From Nitrosopumilus sp. (lineage in GTDB: Archaea > Thermoproteota > Nitrososphaeria > Nitrososphaerales > Nitrosopumilaceae): a DNA stretch of 64,000 bases. This document shows positions 1 through 10,916 of the stretch, piece after piece. The notes beneath the pieces were generated by a model, which searched no databases, had not been told where the DNA came from, and was given only the letters and a program-made list of their open reading frames with translations. The position numbers and the translations under genes were made by a program. The stretch lies in assembly GCA_965218695.1 (NCBI GenBank), contig OZ244651.1, positions 768,001-832,000 of the forward strand, in the 5' to 3' direction. Every line of letters begins with the position of its first letter. The first letter of the stretch is position 1.

Positions 1-839
1 GTAAAGCTCTGTTGGAGTTCCTCCGGATTCTCAAAGAGCGATATTCCTCCGGTGGTAAACCCTGCAGCGCTTGAAAAGAACGCGTTTCCAAACGTCTCCA
101 CGGTGGTGGCGTCGTCGGGAAAGACGTACAGGTACGGCACGGTTCCAAAAAGCGACAGAAGAAAGAGGCTTGCAAAGACCAGGATGGATGCCTGCTGCAG
201 GTTCAGGCTTGACTTTTCGCCATACGAGTTCAGAAAGAATCCCGTGACAAGCAAGAGTACAGTGGTCAGGTATATTCCGGCGGCAATGGTGGTATCCTCA
301 AGCAGGGTTGCGACGATTGCAGGAACGAGCAGCAGGACGCCTGCAAACTGCAGCACAAAGCCAAGGTTGCCAAGCACCGCCTTGACCGGGGGGCTCAGGA
401 GCCTTGGCGGGATTCCAATTGCATCCCTTATAGCATTTGCAATGGTTGCCTCAAAGATCATCCCGACGATCTCGTTCTTCTTTGAGAGGACCGGCAGTTT
501 TTTGATATTGTTCTCCTTCATCTTGTCCAGTGCATCCTTGAGTGTGGATTTTTCATCGATTGTGATTAGCGGGGTGCTCATGAGCTCCTGCAGGACGGTG
601 GTCTCGGCATAGACTGTCGCGTCGCTCACCTTGTTGAGGATGTCCTCGTCGGTGACGATTCCAATGGGTGTGCCCTGCTTGTCTGTGACTATGATGTCGT
701 CCCTTTCATAACTGCCCAGCAGCCTGGTAGCCGTCCTTGTCAGCGTCCCCGAGGGCAACTTTAGTACGTCCTTGTCCATGTACTCCCTCACATGCTTGTT
801 TCGGACATACGATATGGCCCGTTCCGGATTTGTAGACAA
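1..839 (-). CDS. trkH: CBS-domain-containing Trk-type potassium uptake membrane protein (runs off window start)
   Basis: Manual minus-strand translation from TTG at 839: MSTNPERAISYVRNKHVREYMDKD...PIGIVTDEDIL (CBS pair), then hydrophobic helices and the FFSSAAGFTTGG pore-loop motif. TATA-like element at 861-870. Absent from the ORF track because no stop lies in the window. Confidence 0.85.
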   Translation of the reverse strand, partial: MSTNPERAISYVRNKHVREYMDKDVLKLPSGTLTRTATRLLGSYERDDIIVTDKQGTPIGIVTDEDILNKVSDATVYAETTVLQELMSTPLITIDEKSTLKDALDKMKENNIKKLPVLSKKNEIVGMIFEATIANAIRDAIGIPPRLLSPPVKAVLGNLGFVLQFAGVLLLVPAIVATLLEDTTIAAGIYLTTVLLLVTGFFLNSYGEKSSLNLQQASILVFASLFLLSLFGTVPYLYVFPDDATTVETFGNAFFSSAAGFTTGGISLFENPEELQQSF

Positions 840-884
840 CAGGGTATTCACAGTCGCGGATTTTAAATAATTTTGGGTTGGGGT

Positions 885-2103
885 GGCGTTGTCCAAATCT
901 TAGTTCTACAGACCCGTTTGCTGTCCATTTACACGTGCTTTATTGGTTCTGATTCTGCCAATTTGATGGAATTTTCCTGCGGCCGGAGCATGACGGGCGC
1001 ATTTTGTGTCAAAACCGTACCGTGGCGCATAGCACGCGCTAGGCACACGACGCGTATTTTTTGCACCATTCTGTCACGACAGCAGGTTGTAGCAGACGCA
1101 CCTGAGCAGCAGCTGCAGCCTTTGGGCCGGCAGCATCTTGGCGCGGACCACGGCAGTGAACCTGCACTTGAACGACGAGAACACCGATTCCACTATGCTG
1201 CGCCTGTGGTACGTCCTTTCAAACTCTTCGGGGTTGTTTTCCTGCCACCTGATCATCTCCGCCCTCGGACCGAATCCGCGCGCGACGTGATTCTTGCGGG
1301 TGCAGATCACGGGCTTCCTGCCCGAGTCGCGGATCATCTCGTAGTTCTTGACCGCGTCATACCCTGCATCAAGCATCACGCACCCTGTGCCGTCCGGAAC
1401 ATTCCCGAACATCTCCCGGAACACCGGCGAGTCGTGTGTGCGCCCCCTGGTGACTGCGCACGAGACGATCTTCCTTCCCCCGGCGTCAACTACCACGTGC
1501 AGCTTGACGAATTCGCGCCTGGAGATGAGCCCCCTCTTGGCGTCCTCCCAGTCTGCGTACTGGTTTATGGCGATCCCCGTGGAGTCGCCCAGAAGGGAGC
1601 CGCGCGCGTGGGATCCTGCCTGCCTTTCAATTATTTCGTGCAGCCCGTCGTAACCTGATATTATGGTGGCCGCATGGTGCAGGCAGGATTTTGATGGAAC
1701 GGTTTTTAATCCGTACATGCGCAGTGTTCCCTGATGTGTCTGCAGATACGAGACATGTCTACGGTATGAATGGCAGCGGAACTCCCGGTCTGCAAGGCAT
1801 ACCATGTATGGGATCATGCGCGCCATGCCGGGGACGGCAGGCGAACAGATCTCAGACAGCAGGGCGGCGAGGGCCTTGATTCGTAATCTCGTTACGCGGC
1901 CCTCACCCCTTCTCCTCGTCTCGTATTCCTTGTAGTATCCGGCAGGACGTTCCCATTTCTTATCCTCGACACTCTTGCTTTTGCAGCGTTTCTTGCCTTT
2001 GCCGTATTTCGTGTTTGTATCGCGTTTTTTGTTCATTAAGCGGCGCGCGATCCGCGATCTTTAAGCTTTTCGTCGATTTTCTACCCCGGATTTGGACAAC
2101 GCC
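885..2103 (-). mobile_element. IS5-family insertion sequence, complete
   Basis: Perfect 15-bp TIR GGCGTTGTCCAAATC (885-899 / 2089-2103); 9-bp TSD GGTTGGGGT (876-884, 2104-2112). Confidence 0.92.
1074..2036 (-). CDS. IS5-family DDE transposase
   Basis: Motifs GDSTG, KLHVVVD, HDS, LDAGYD, YHRRSIVESVFSSFK. Confidence 0.9.
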   Translation of the reverse strand: MNKKRDTNTKYGKGKKRCKSKSVEDKKWERPAGYYKEYETRRRGEGRVTRLRIKALAALLSEICSPAVPGMARMIPYMVCLADREFRCHSYRRHVSYLQTHQGTLRMYGLKTVPSKSCLHHAATIISGYDGLHEIIERQAGSHARGSLLGDSTGIAINQYADWEDAKRGLISRREFVKLHVVVDAGGRKIVSCAVTRGRTHDSPVFREMFGNVPDGTGCVMLDAGYDAVKNYEMIRDSGRKPVICTRKNHVARGFGPRAEMIRWQENNPEEFERTYHRRSIVESVFSSFKCRFTAVVRAKMLPAQRLQLLLRCVCYNLLS

Positions 2104-2580
2104 GGTTGGGGTAGTTTGTTGTGCAACTCGACAACGTAGACCCAACACGCCTGGTTCTTCGATGCGATCTAGGCACGAATGGATGCCGTCCTCCGGTGGA
2201 TCTGTGGGTAATTCGTGCTGCTCAGGCGATGCCGGCCGCCCTACCTCAAAGGAATACTAGCGGCTGAATACGGTGCCGTATCTTGATCTTGCAGATGCCG
2301 CGACTATCAGTCCCGTCGCAGCGACCAAGACCACGATCGCTATCGCGCCAAACTCCGGAATCACAAAGGTCCCAATCACCTCGATCTCCCCTGTGCCGGA
2401 CGGAAATTCAACGGTAAGCAATCTCGTTGTTGGGGATGCGGTCTCGTCAAAGCCTGTCTCTTCGCCGTCGACTAGAACGATGTAATCGCCGTCCCGGACT
2501 TCGGAGCCGATCCTGCCGAATTGGAGCATGCCCTCGGGAATTCTAAAGTCCCCTGCCTCGTCTACCGTCTTGGAATCTGC

Positions 2581-4106
2581 GTAAGTGTTCACGTCGTGCC
2601 TAATTCAGTTCACTCTTGGGTAAATTTTGTGCAAACCACAGATCCAAATAGGATGGTAATCCAAACCCGATGTGAAAAGCCAGGCTGAACTCAAAAAGAT
2701 GTACACGGATCTCAAGACTGAGAACATCAAGCTCAAGCAGACGATTGAGATGCAAGGGCAGATAATTGAGGAATTGAATCTGGCAGTTGCTGATCTTAAG
2801 CGCAGGCTGGTGCGGCATGACAATTACAACACCCCGTCATCACAAAAAAGGGGGCCCGGATGGCCTGACACAAAGGGAAAAGGCGACGAAAAGAATGCCT
2901 ACAATAAATCCACAAAAGCCTCCCGGGATCAAAAGGACCGCGTGGATGCGGCCGGCAGCGGGAAGTCGCGCGGGGGGCAAAAAGGCCACATGGGCCGCAC
3001 CCGCAAGCCAAAACCCACCGAGTTTGAGGAACACACCCCGGAGGCCTGCCCCGAATGCGGCTCGGGTAGCCTTTCCATAGTGCAGTCAGAAAAACGCGAC
3101 ATTACCAAGGTGGAGCGCACGATAAAGGTCATCACCACGCGCCACACCATAAACACGTGTCGCTGCTCCTGCGGTCTGGTGGACATCAAGCCCGAGACCG
3201 GCCTTCCAGACAAGGGCAGCTACGATCCGAGCATAACGACTGATGTTGCAGACGATTACGTGTGTCGCATGCCGTTTAGGATGATCGCAGACCGCATGTC
3301 GCGGTACGGAATTACACTCTCCTCGGGCACGGCGCACAACATAATGCGCAGGCTGGGAACGTCGCTGGGCGCCCCTGCGGCAGCCATTGCCGCCATGATA
3401 CGCAAGGCCAAGATACTGCACGCCGACGAGACATCGATTCACCTAAACGGCCGCAACGTCTGGGTGTGGATACTGCACGATCCGCTGACCGGGCACGCGC
3501 TGTACGTGATACGGGACAGCCGGGGGGCAAAGGTTCTGAAAGAAGCGCTTGGGGGTTGGGACGGCACGTTAGTGTGCGACGGCTGGACGGCGTACGGAAA
3601 ATACCGCGTCCAGCGCTGCTGGTCGCACATAATACGCGAGGCCAGGGACATCTGCAACCGCAATCCGGACTGCCCAGGCGCGCGCAACGTCCTGAAGCAC
3701 CTGCGCATAATCTATGATTATGCCAGAAGGGCAAGCAGGAAACGCTCGCGCTCTCTCCGGGACAACGCGTCTGCCATGCTGACGTCATGCATCGAAAAGA
3801 TCGTTGCAAGGTACGCCGACGATCCAATATTGGAAAAATTCATGGTCAAGATCAGCAATGCTGGCAGCGACCTGTTCCGGTTCGTGCTGAACCCAAAGAT
3901 CCCGCCTACAAACAATGCTGCAGAACGCGGGTTGCGCGAGATAGTCGTGCACAGAAAAATACGGGGCAGCATAAGGGCAGAGGAGACGATGACGTGGATG
4001 GCGAATTTCTTTTCATGTGTAATGACATGGAAAAACAAGAAATTGGATTACTTGGCGGAGATTGCAAAATACGCCTAAAAATGAGTTAAACCACGTGAAC
4101 ACTTAC
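2581..4106 (+). mobile_element. IS66-family element (tnpC only), copy 1
   Basis: TIR GTAAGTGTTCACGT (2581-2594 / 4093-4106); 8-bp TSD GAATCTGC; 1526 bp. Confidence 0.95.
2672..4078 (+). CDS. IS66 TnpC transposase
   Basis: Coiled-coil N-terminus, CPECG zinc finger, HADET, CDGW, QRCWSH, TNNAAERGLR. Confidence 0.93.
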   Translation: MKSQAELKKMYTDLKTENIKLKQTIEMQGQIIEELNLAVADLKRRLVRHDNYNTPSSQKRGPGWPDTKGKGDEKNAYNKSTKASRDQKDRVDAAGSGKSRGGQKGHMGRTRKPKPTEFEEHTPEACPECGSGSLSIVQSEKRDITKVERTIKVITTRHTINTCRCSCGLVDIKPETGLPDKGSYDPSITTDVADDYVCRMPFRMIADRMSRYGITLSSGTAHNIMRRLGTSLGAPAAAIAAMIRKAKILHADETSIHLNGRNVWVWILHDPLTGHALYVIRDSRGAKVLKEALGGWDGTLVCDGWTAYGKYRVQRCWSHIIREARDICNRNPDCPGARNVLKHLRIIYDYARRASRKRSRSLRDNASAMLTSCIEKIVARYADDPILEKFMVKISNAGSDLFRFVLNPKIPPTNNAAERGLREIVVHRKIRGSIRAEETMTWMANFFSCVMTWKNKKLDYLAEIAKYA

Positions 4107-6083
4107 GAATCTGCCACCGTTCTAGGTATGGCAAGCGTCAGCGACCCGCCTTCCCCTGCGGCGATCCTTGCGATCAGCGAGTTGGAGTCCATGTCGGGCG
4201 TGACGCTTAGCAGCTCGCCGCCTGTAATCTCGTACCTGACGGCGGTTTTTGTGTCTCCCGCCTCGATGACGCCGTCTGGCATGTAAACCTCCGGCACCGA
4301 CACAGCCGTGGTGCCGCTTGGATCGCCTGACAGCGGAACGATCCGGATGATTCTGTCGTCGGTGGGAATCGCAGGGCCCCTGCCGTCGCGGTTACTTGTA
4401 AGGAGGTACAGGAACCCATCAGGTCCAGTCTGCACATCCCGCAGCCTCCCAAACTCGTCTTGGAAGAGTTTGCCGTGGGATACGACCTCGTTGTTTGACA
4501 GATCAAAATCAATGACGTGCAGGTGGCTTCCCCTCAGAGTGCCGACAAAGTACTTTCCGGTCCATTCCGGGATCTTGTCCCCGTCGTAGAATTCTGCTCC
4601 CGACGGCGCCCACGTGTCGTTTCCACTGTGGATGACAGCCTTCTGCATGCCTTCTGCAGTCTCGTCTCCTATGATGATGGGCCAGCCGTAGTTTGCGCCT
4701 GGCATGATGAGGTTGACCTCGTCGTGCGCCACCCCCCTCCATCCGGACGGCCCGTGCTCGGTTGCAACCAGATTGCCCGACGCGTCCCAGTCCATTCCCT
4801 GCGGGTTCCTGTGCCCCAGCGACCAGACCGGGGAGCCGGCAAACGGGTTGTCTTCTGGTATCGATCCGTCGGAATTTATTCTGAGGATCTTTCCGGCAAG
4901 GGAGTCTAGATCCTGTGCCTGTTCCGACACTCCGCCGTCGCCGGTAGCTATGTAGAGTCTTCCGTCGGGTCCAAACTGCATCCTTCCGCCATCGTGGAAC
5001 GCCCCGCCCGGAACCTCGTCAAGCAGCACCTTGTCCTCTGTGACCACGCCGTCAATAAACTGGTAGCGTACCGCCTTGTTTGCGTTGGAAGTGGAGCCGG
5101 ACGAGTCGTAGGTGTAGTACAGGTAGATGTAGTTGTTCTCGTTGAAGTCGGGATCAACTGCAAGTCCCAGCAGTCCGCCCTCTATCGTATTGGCGCGGAT
5201 CGAAAGCAGCGGCTCGGGCAGAAGCATCCCGTCCTGGACTGCCCTGAGGTCTCCTCCCCTCTCGGTAAACAGGAGTGTTCCGTCCGGGGTCCAGTCAACG
5301 CTCCATGGAACGACAAGGTTCTCTGCTACGATCTCCGCTCTGACGCCAAGATCTGGGTACAGCGAAGACAGGAGGGCTTCGGGGAGTGGCTCTCCGAAGG
5401 ATGACGTCTCAGGGGTCGTCTGCAGGCGAACGGGTTCTGGCAGATCAAGAAGATCGTGAATTTGAGAGCGGTCAACTGCCGCGGCGCTTATGATTCTTGC
5501 CTGATCCGGATCGAGCGGTATCGCCCTGGCCCCGATGGGGGTGGATGCAATACGGTCCAAGGTCTGGAAGCTCCCTTCTGTTGCGAGCCTTCCAAACACG
5601 GTATACTGCCCGTTAAGGAAGTTTGACTCCCTATCCAGGATGAAGAATTGGGAACTGGCACTGCCAGGATCCGCGGATCTTGTCATGGAGACTATTCCGC
5701 GGTGGTGCCTAATGTCATTAAATTCTCCGGCAATCTTTTTGTCGGCACCGCCTGCTCCCCAAGTGCTCGGATCGCCGTCAACCGTGTTTGGGTCTCCGCC
5801 CTAAATCAGAAAGTTGGATATGACCCTGTGAAAGACTGTACCGTCATAGAACCCAGAGTTGGCCAGCTCGATAAAATTGTCGACATGGTTTGGCGCGTCT
5901 TCATAGAATAGCTCGATTACGATGTTGCCCTGGCTGGTTTCTAATACGACCACCTTTTCGTCAGTGTCGGCGGCTGCATGGCCCACGGCAGCTGGGAGAA
6001 ACAGAATCGTGCGCAGCGCTATCCATTGTGTTCGGCGCACGCATTATAGGGAGTGAAGAACTATTAAAATAAGAGGGTCAAGT

Positions 6084-7383
6084 CAGTAGTCGGAAATTTA
6101 CCCCTTAGGCAGGTCCCCCGACATCATACGGTTGACCCACAATCCTACATAATTCCAATGCAGCCATGGCCGCAGCATATGCGACAAGCGCCAGAGTCAC
6201 CCGATCATAACTCGAATCCGCACGGTACTGCTCCACTGCCCACGTGTTGTACATGAACAGCGAGACGTAAAACATGATTGCCCTAAACGACGCATTGCGG
6301 CTTGTCGTCCTCGGACGCACCTGCTCTACCTGCTTGTATCCTGTCTCTATCCCCCACCTTCTCCTGTACTCCTCTGGAAGCGTCTCAATCTCGTCTAGCG
6401 CCCTGGCAGGGGAAAGGTTGGTGGCAAAGACATGGTATCTTTCCGTGGCATCGGCATCAGGATCGTCTATCTTTTTTGAGGGCGTGATTATCAACGTGAA
6501 TGTAACAGACTGGCCTGCTGCGTTTCTGAGGGTGTACCGTGAGACTGCCCTGCGTGATTTATCGTGGTGCTCCCGTATCGCCCTCTTCATCCCCACGTTC
6601 TTGACTGCCGGCATCAGGAACTTGCGCCTTTGTTCGGATACAAGCCTGATTATCTCAGTCGAGTAAAACTCGCGGTCCATCAGCAGCAGCCGGGCCCGTA
6701 TCCTGTAATCCCTGAGTTTTTGCATGAATTTACGCACAAAATCGGCGTTGTCCACGCTGCGCGTGACCTGCATGCACTCCAAAATGGCCGGAACCTGCTC
6801 TGCTACCACGTGCATTGTCGCATAGCACTCGAACCTGCCTGTACCGCCCTTTGGTTTGGACCATATCAGGTGTGACATGTTGTCCTTGTCGTGCCTTGGT
6901 ATCAGGTGCTTGTCTATTGCCACCAGTACGCCTCCCTTGTACCGGCACGTATTCTTGGCAAGCCTTGCGGTGCGTGTGAGCATGTCCCTGCAGAGTTCGT
7001 CTGCACCGTCTGATTCTAGCGAGTTTACCATGTTGCGAAACCACTTGGGTGACGGCATCTTCTTTTTGGCATGCTTGAGCAGCCTGATTGCCTCCTCGGA
7101 GGCTATGTTGGATTCAGACATCTTCATCAGTATGGCTGCAAACTCGCCCACCCCGTATTGGGCATTGTTCCCAGTAGGGAATCCTATGGGTGCAGACCAC
7201 AGTATTCCTGACAAGGTATTAAGCATCCTTTCTCCGATCTTGTTACGGTGTACCTGCCCACCTTTTTGCGCAAACACTAGGGTGGGCAAGGACGCCGTAG
7301 ATAATAGATCCGTATGCTCGAAAAATGTTAACACGTCTGCGAACATCTGTTGGATGGCTTAGAGGGTAAATTTCCGACTACTG
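6084..7383 (-). mobile_element. ISH3-type (IS4 superfamily) element
   Basis: 20-bp perfect TIR CAGTAGTCGGAAATTTACCC (6084-6103 / 7364-7383); 5-bp TSD CAAGT. Confidence 0.9.
6105..7346 (-). CDS. ISH3/IS4-type DDE transposase
   Basis: VAIDKH, LLMDREF, YRRRWGIETGYK motifs; start codon uncertain. Confidence 0.88.
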   Translation of the reverse strand: MFADVLTFFEHTDLLSTASLPTLVFAQKGGQVHRNKIGERMLNTLSGILWSAPIGFPTGNNAQYGVGEFAAILMKMSESNIASEEAIRLLKHAKKKMPSPKWFRNMVNSLESDGADELCRDMLTRTARLAKNTCRYKGGVLVAIDKHLIPRHDKDNMSHLIWSKPKGGTGRFECYATMHVVAEQVPAILECMQVTRSVDNADFVRKFMQKLRDYRIRARLLLMDREFYSTEIIRLVSEQRRKFLMPAVKNVGMKRAIREHHDKSRRAVSRYTLRNAAGQSVTFTLIITPSKKIDDPDADATERYHVFATNLSPARALDEIETLPEEYRRRWGIETGYKQVEQVRPRTTSRNASFRAIMFYVSLFMYNTWAVEQYRADSSYDRVTLALVAYAAAMAALELCRIVGQPYDVGGPA

Positions 7384-7486
7384 CAAGTAGCCTGCTGCAC
7401 AATCCCGCCTGCCATGTTACAGTGAACAGTACCCCTCAACACACATCCAGACCGAAAAAGCTAAAGATCATGAGAACCAAGGCATC

Positions 7487-8472
7487 TTGGTGAAGACCGA
7501 CAATGAAAAATACATCAGGCGCGGTCAGGCATTAATTATTCACGATGACCCGGAGAGGCGCACCTAGGTCAAAGAGGCCAACCGCCACAAGGTCGGGGCT
7601 CCTTTCCGGTATGCCGACTCGCTCTTTGCATCCCTGGCGGCAGTAAAATCGATGATCCACATCCCCTACAGGAACCTGATGGGCATGATCCTGGAGTTAT
7701 TCCAAGATGGGGAGGAGGTGCCCCACTACACCGCCATCTTCAGAAGGATCCAGTCCCTGGACGTCCAGAGGAGCGGCGGGATCATCACAGTTGCCGGCAG
7801 CAACGGTGCCAGAATCCGGTTTGCAGTGGATTCCACGGGCCTCAAGCAGCACAACAGGGGGGAGTGGATACTGCAAAAGTGGAAGGTAAGACGCGGATTC
7901 GTAAAGATGCATGTTCTGGTGGACGTGGATACAAGAAGGATGCTGGCAGTCAGGATTACTGATGACCGGACAGGGGACTCGCCCATGTTCGTTCCGCTGC
8001 TTGATGACGCCCTGGAGAATTGCGTACAGGAAGACCCGCCGCCAGAGCCCACCCGTGCGGACGGTTCTGCGGAACGCTGCATCTATGGGGATGGCGCTTA
8101 CGCCTCCAGGGACAACCTAAAGGCATGCAGGGAGCGCAACGTGACCCCGCTCATCAAACTCAAGGCAAGCTCCACCCCGAATGGAAAAGGCGCAGGTGAC
8201 GTGTGGGGCACGTCGGTCCGGGAGCAGTTTGGCGGCCCTGATCCCAATCGGGTGAAATGGTTGCCCGATGATGAAAAGAAGAGTAATCAAAAAGAGTGGA
8301 AGGAGAGGGTCGGATATTGCAAGGGTGGATAGTGGAGATTGTGTTTTCTGCATTCAAGAGGATGTTCGGGGAGCACCTGTACTCGTTGAAATGGAAGAAC
8401 ATGATCCAGGAGGTCAACCTCAAGGTGGCCGCCTACAACAAACTGATAGACATGGGGGCGGGGGCAACGTAG
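7487..8472 (+). pseudogene. IS5-family transposase, degraded
   Basis: VDSTG, RRGFVKMH, GDGAY; in-frame TAG at 7565-7567 and a frameshift near 8325 into WIVEIVFSAFKRMFGE; ends not resolved. Confidence 0.8.
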
Positions 8473-8799
8473 AGTCTGGCGAATCCTGTACAAGTCTTGG
8501 CTGGCCAAGTTGAATTATGCATCTATGTAACCCATCCCCGGACTTATCCAGGTTTTGCGTCCAGCTTGTCATTTTGGGTGTGTTTTTTGTCTTCTTAAGC
8601 GTTACCTGCATGCAGAATCCTGCCAGATCCACAGAAAACGTGGCTTGTTGCCCCGCGGAGTGACATGCATAATCCCTTCCGGGGGGTCTGGGGGGCTGGC
8701 CCCCCAGCATTCATGTAGAAACATCCCACAATTCCCACAATTCGTACACAGCATCCGCTAGGGCCGGCACTGCATTTACTGACACCGCCGGTTCCGCGT

Positions 8800-9879
8800 C
8801 TACGCCTCCTTCATGACTTGTCTGATCTTGGCGCGGTACAGCTTTTCGTTTCTGTCCTCGTACAGGTTGTCTTCTGTCAGCATGTGCCAGATGATCGTCA
8901 GCATCTTGTTTGCGACGTGCGTTATGGCGATGTTGTGCCTGTGCCTCTTCATGAGGCGCTCGTAGTATGCCTTCATCCTCGGGTCGTGCCTCACTGCCAC
9001 CAGCGCGCACTGGACCATGACCCAGTTGACCTTCCGGTTCGAATCCTTCTTCATCCTGCCGTGGTATGACGTGTCGCCTGACTGGTGGAGCGTCGGGCAC
9101 ATGCCCGCCCAGGACACGAACTTTTTCGGGTTCCCGAACCTTGCGATGGTGTCAATCTCTGCTGCCAGTAGTGCTGCAGAAAACGCGTCCATCCCGGTAA
9201 TGCTCATCAGTATCTTCGGGCTGTGGGCGTCGCGGACGTAGCGCCTGATCTCGTTTTCGGTCTTTTTTATCTCGTCGTTGTAGTGCCGTATCTTGGCTAT
9301 GCAGCGGTCCAGGACGAACCTGTCATGGGGACTCTCCACGTCGGCTTCTTCAAGGTACGCCAGGACCCTTTTGGTCCAGACGTTTTTCCCGCCGTCCTTC
9401 GGGTTCACGTCATACTTGTCAGTCAGCGTGTGCACGAAGTTTATCGCCCTGGTCCTGTCCTGCACCAGGCGGATCTGGTACCTGAGGATCTGTTTTATCC
9501 CCCTGGATTCGGCCGAACCAATATGGCAGGCGGGAATCAGGTTGGATCTTAGCAGGTGGGCAAGCGTTCTTGCGTCGATGGTGTCGTTTTTTATGCTGGC
9601 AGACGCGATTGCCTTGATCTTGAACGGGTTTGCAAGGTCGATGGGGATTCCCACGCGTTCAAAGGCATCGATGGTCTTTATCCAGTGGTTCCCTGTGGAC
9701 TCGCAGACTGCCCTGCATCCACCGTGTCTGGCCCTTGCGGACGTGGCAAACTCTAGCGCGTCCTTGGCCGTGTTGTCATACGATGACTCTTCGAGGATCA
9801 CCCCGTCGTGTTCCATCACGCATGCCACGCATTTCCTTTTTCCTATGTCGATTCCAATACTCTTTTCTATTTCTCTCAC
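8800..9879 (-). CDS. IS110-family DEDD recombinase/transposase
   Basis: GIDIGK, CESTG, KNDTIDA (DEDD) and C-terminal GMCPTLHQSG (catalytic Ser); likely start near GTG 9879 overlapping AAGGAGGTGA. Confidence 0.92.
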   Translation of the reverse strand: MREIEKSIGIDIGKRKCVACVMEHDGVILEESSYDNTAKDALEFATSARARHGGCRAVCESTGNHWIKTIDAFERVGIPIDLANPFKIKAIASASIKNDTIDARTLAHLLRSNLIPACHIGSAESRGIKQILRYQIRLVQDRTRAINFVHTLTDKYDVNPKDGGKNVWTKRVLAYLEEADVESPHDRFVLDRCIAKIRHYNDEIKKTENEIRRYVRDAHSPKILMSITGMDAFSAALLAAEIDTIARFGNPKKFVSWAGMCPTLHQSGDTSYHGRMKKDSNRKVNWVMVQCALVAVRHDPRMKAYYERLMKRHRHNIAITHVANKMLTIIWHMLTEDNLYEDRNEKLYRAKIRQVMKEA

Positions 9880-9886
9880 CTCCTTT

Positions 9887-10020
9887 CCGTGTGTGACAGG
9901 CTGGAAGCTGCATGCATCTATCAGGACTCGAAGTCCAGTAACCCAGCAGCTCGGATAGCCCCATTCAACAGGAAGGCCTTGACGACCATGCATAATTAGG
10001 GGTCAGCCCGTCACACACGG
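9887..10020 (-). ncRNA. Candidate IS110 bridge/seek-type RNA (structured leader)
   Basis: 17-bp closing stem 9887-9903 / 10004-10020 (one G:U), inner ATGCAT/ATGCAT stem, GGAC-TTCGA-GTCC hairpin; located in the IS110 5' non-coding end. Function is inferred. Confidence 0.5.
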
Positions 10021-10158
10021 TGAGTGGGTCGGGTTATCATGTATTCAACGGGCTAGGTTGGGACAGTCCGTGGCGCCATGCAGTGCATGGGTTTGTGTCT
10101 GGACTGGATGTTTCTGGGCATGAATTATGCTTATAAGCATTGGAGATGGAATTCTGTC

Positions 10159-10584
10159 ATGGATATCGACCAGATCCAGGAGCCTGACTACGAGTCTGTG
10201 CGGATTGAATACGTTGGGTTTGTCGATCCGTATGCAGTGGAGGGACTGATCATCCTCAAGACCGATGACGGGAGAGAGTTTCACATGAGGGCATTTTCAG
10301 GCGAGGTTGCAAGGCACATATCGGGTTTTGGCGGTACCGAAGGCGAGTCCGTCCCGTCGGTGTACCAGATGATAGAGGAGATCTGCGAGGAGAACGAGCT
10401 GGTGCTGGTAAAAGTAAAGATTTACGAGAGCGGTCAGGTGCTGCGGGCAAGCCTTTACTTTACAGGCAGAAAGGACATGGTGCTGCGCAACTATCGCGCC
10501 TCAGACGCAGTCGCGCTGGGGGCATTTTACAACATTCCGATACTGCTCAGAAAGAACCTCCTCAGGATCAGTACGGACGCATGA
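10159..10584 (+). CDS. Bifunctional nuclease-domain (DUF151) protein
   Basis: RASDAVALGAFYNIPI motif; TATA-like CTTATAAG about 25 bp upstream of ATG 10159. Confidence 0.8.
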   Translation: MDIDQIQEPDYESVRIEYVGFVDPYAVEGLIILKTDDGREFHMRAFSGEVARHISGFGGTEGESVPSVYQMIEEICEENELVLVKVKIYESGQVLRASLYFTGRKDMVLRNYRASDAVALGAFYNIPILLRKNLLRISTDA

Positions 10585-10864
10585 CGCCCTCCCTACTGCC
10601 GGGTTCAGGAAAGTGTGCCGGACTTTTGGCAGATTGGCAACACGTCACCACGCCAAAATCCATTGCCGCCGTCAGGTTCTATTGCTTTTTATGACAATTG
10701 CCACCGCCACTGCGGCCTGAATTGCAGGCATCTGCAAAAGACCACAACACGGATGCAAAAGACCACATGATTTATCAAACTCGCGTATATTGCGTGGAAA
10801 ATATTACCATCCATTGGTATCTGCCTCCATCTGCAGACACAGACACGGGCAGAGGCACTCCTGG

Positions 10865-10916
10865 CAGAATCGCATCACAGAATCGCATCACAGAATCGCA
10901 TCACACAAACGCATCA
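10865..10916. repeat. 13-bp tandem repeat CAGAATCGCATCA x3 plus one degenerate copy
   Basis: Read directly from the sequence. Confidence 0.85.

Larger units (their letters stand above)
2257..6040 (-). pseudogene. Cyclophilin-type PPIase / PQQ-type sugar dehydrogenase (GSDH) propeller / PEFG-CTERM fusion, disrupted
   Basis: FYDGTVFHRVISNFLI*GGDP (TAG at 5801-5803 where IQGGDP is expected), SASSQFFI, GQYTVFG; GSDH motifs HDGGRMQFGPDG, LGHRNPQG, GRLRDVQTGPDG; C-terminal VIPEFG plus TM helix. Split by IS66 at 2581-4106; the frame re-joins on removal. Confidence 0.85.
8757..10057 (-). mobile_element. IS110-family element (ends tentative)
   Basis: No TIR/TSD. Hexamer GCTAGG at 8757-8762 and 10052-10057 is a candidate core; a 9-bp IR at 8767-8775 / 10078-10086 is an alternative boundary. 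Long 5' and short 3' non-coding ends. Confidence 0.6.

Noticed and set aside
52-612. Long antisense ORFs (e.g. 52-612, 873-1658, 27441-28541, 54906-55967)
   Set aside because: Shadows of recognisable genes on the opposite strand
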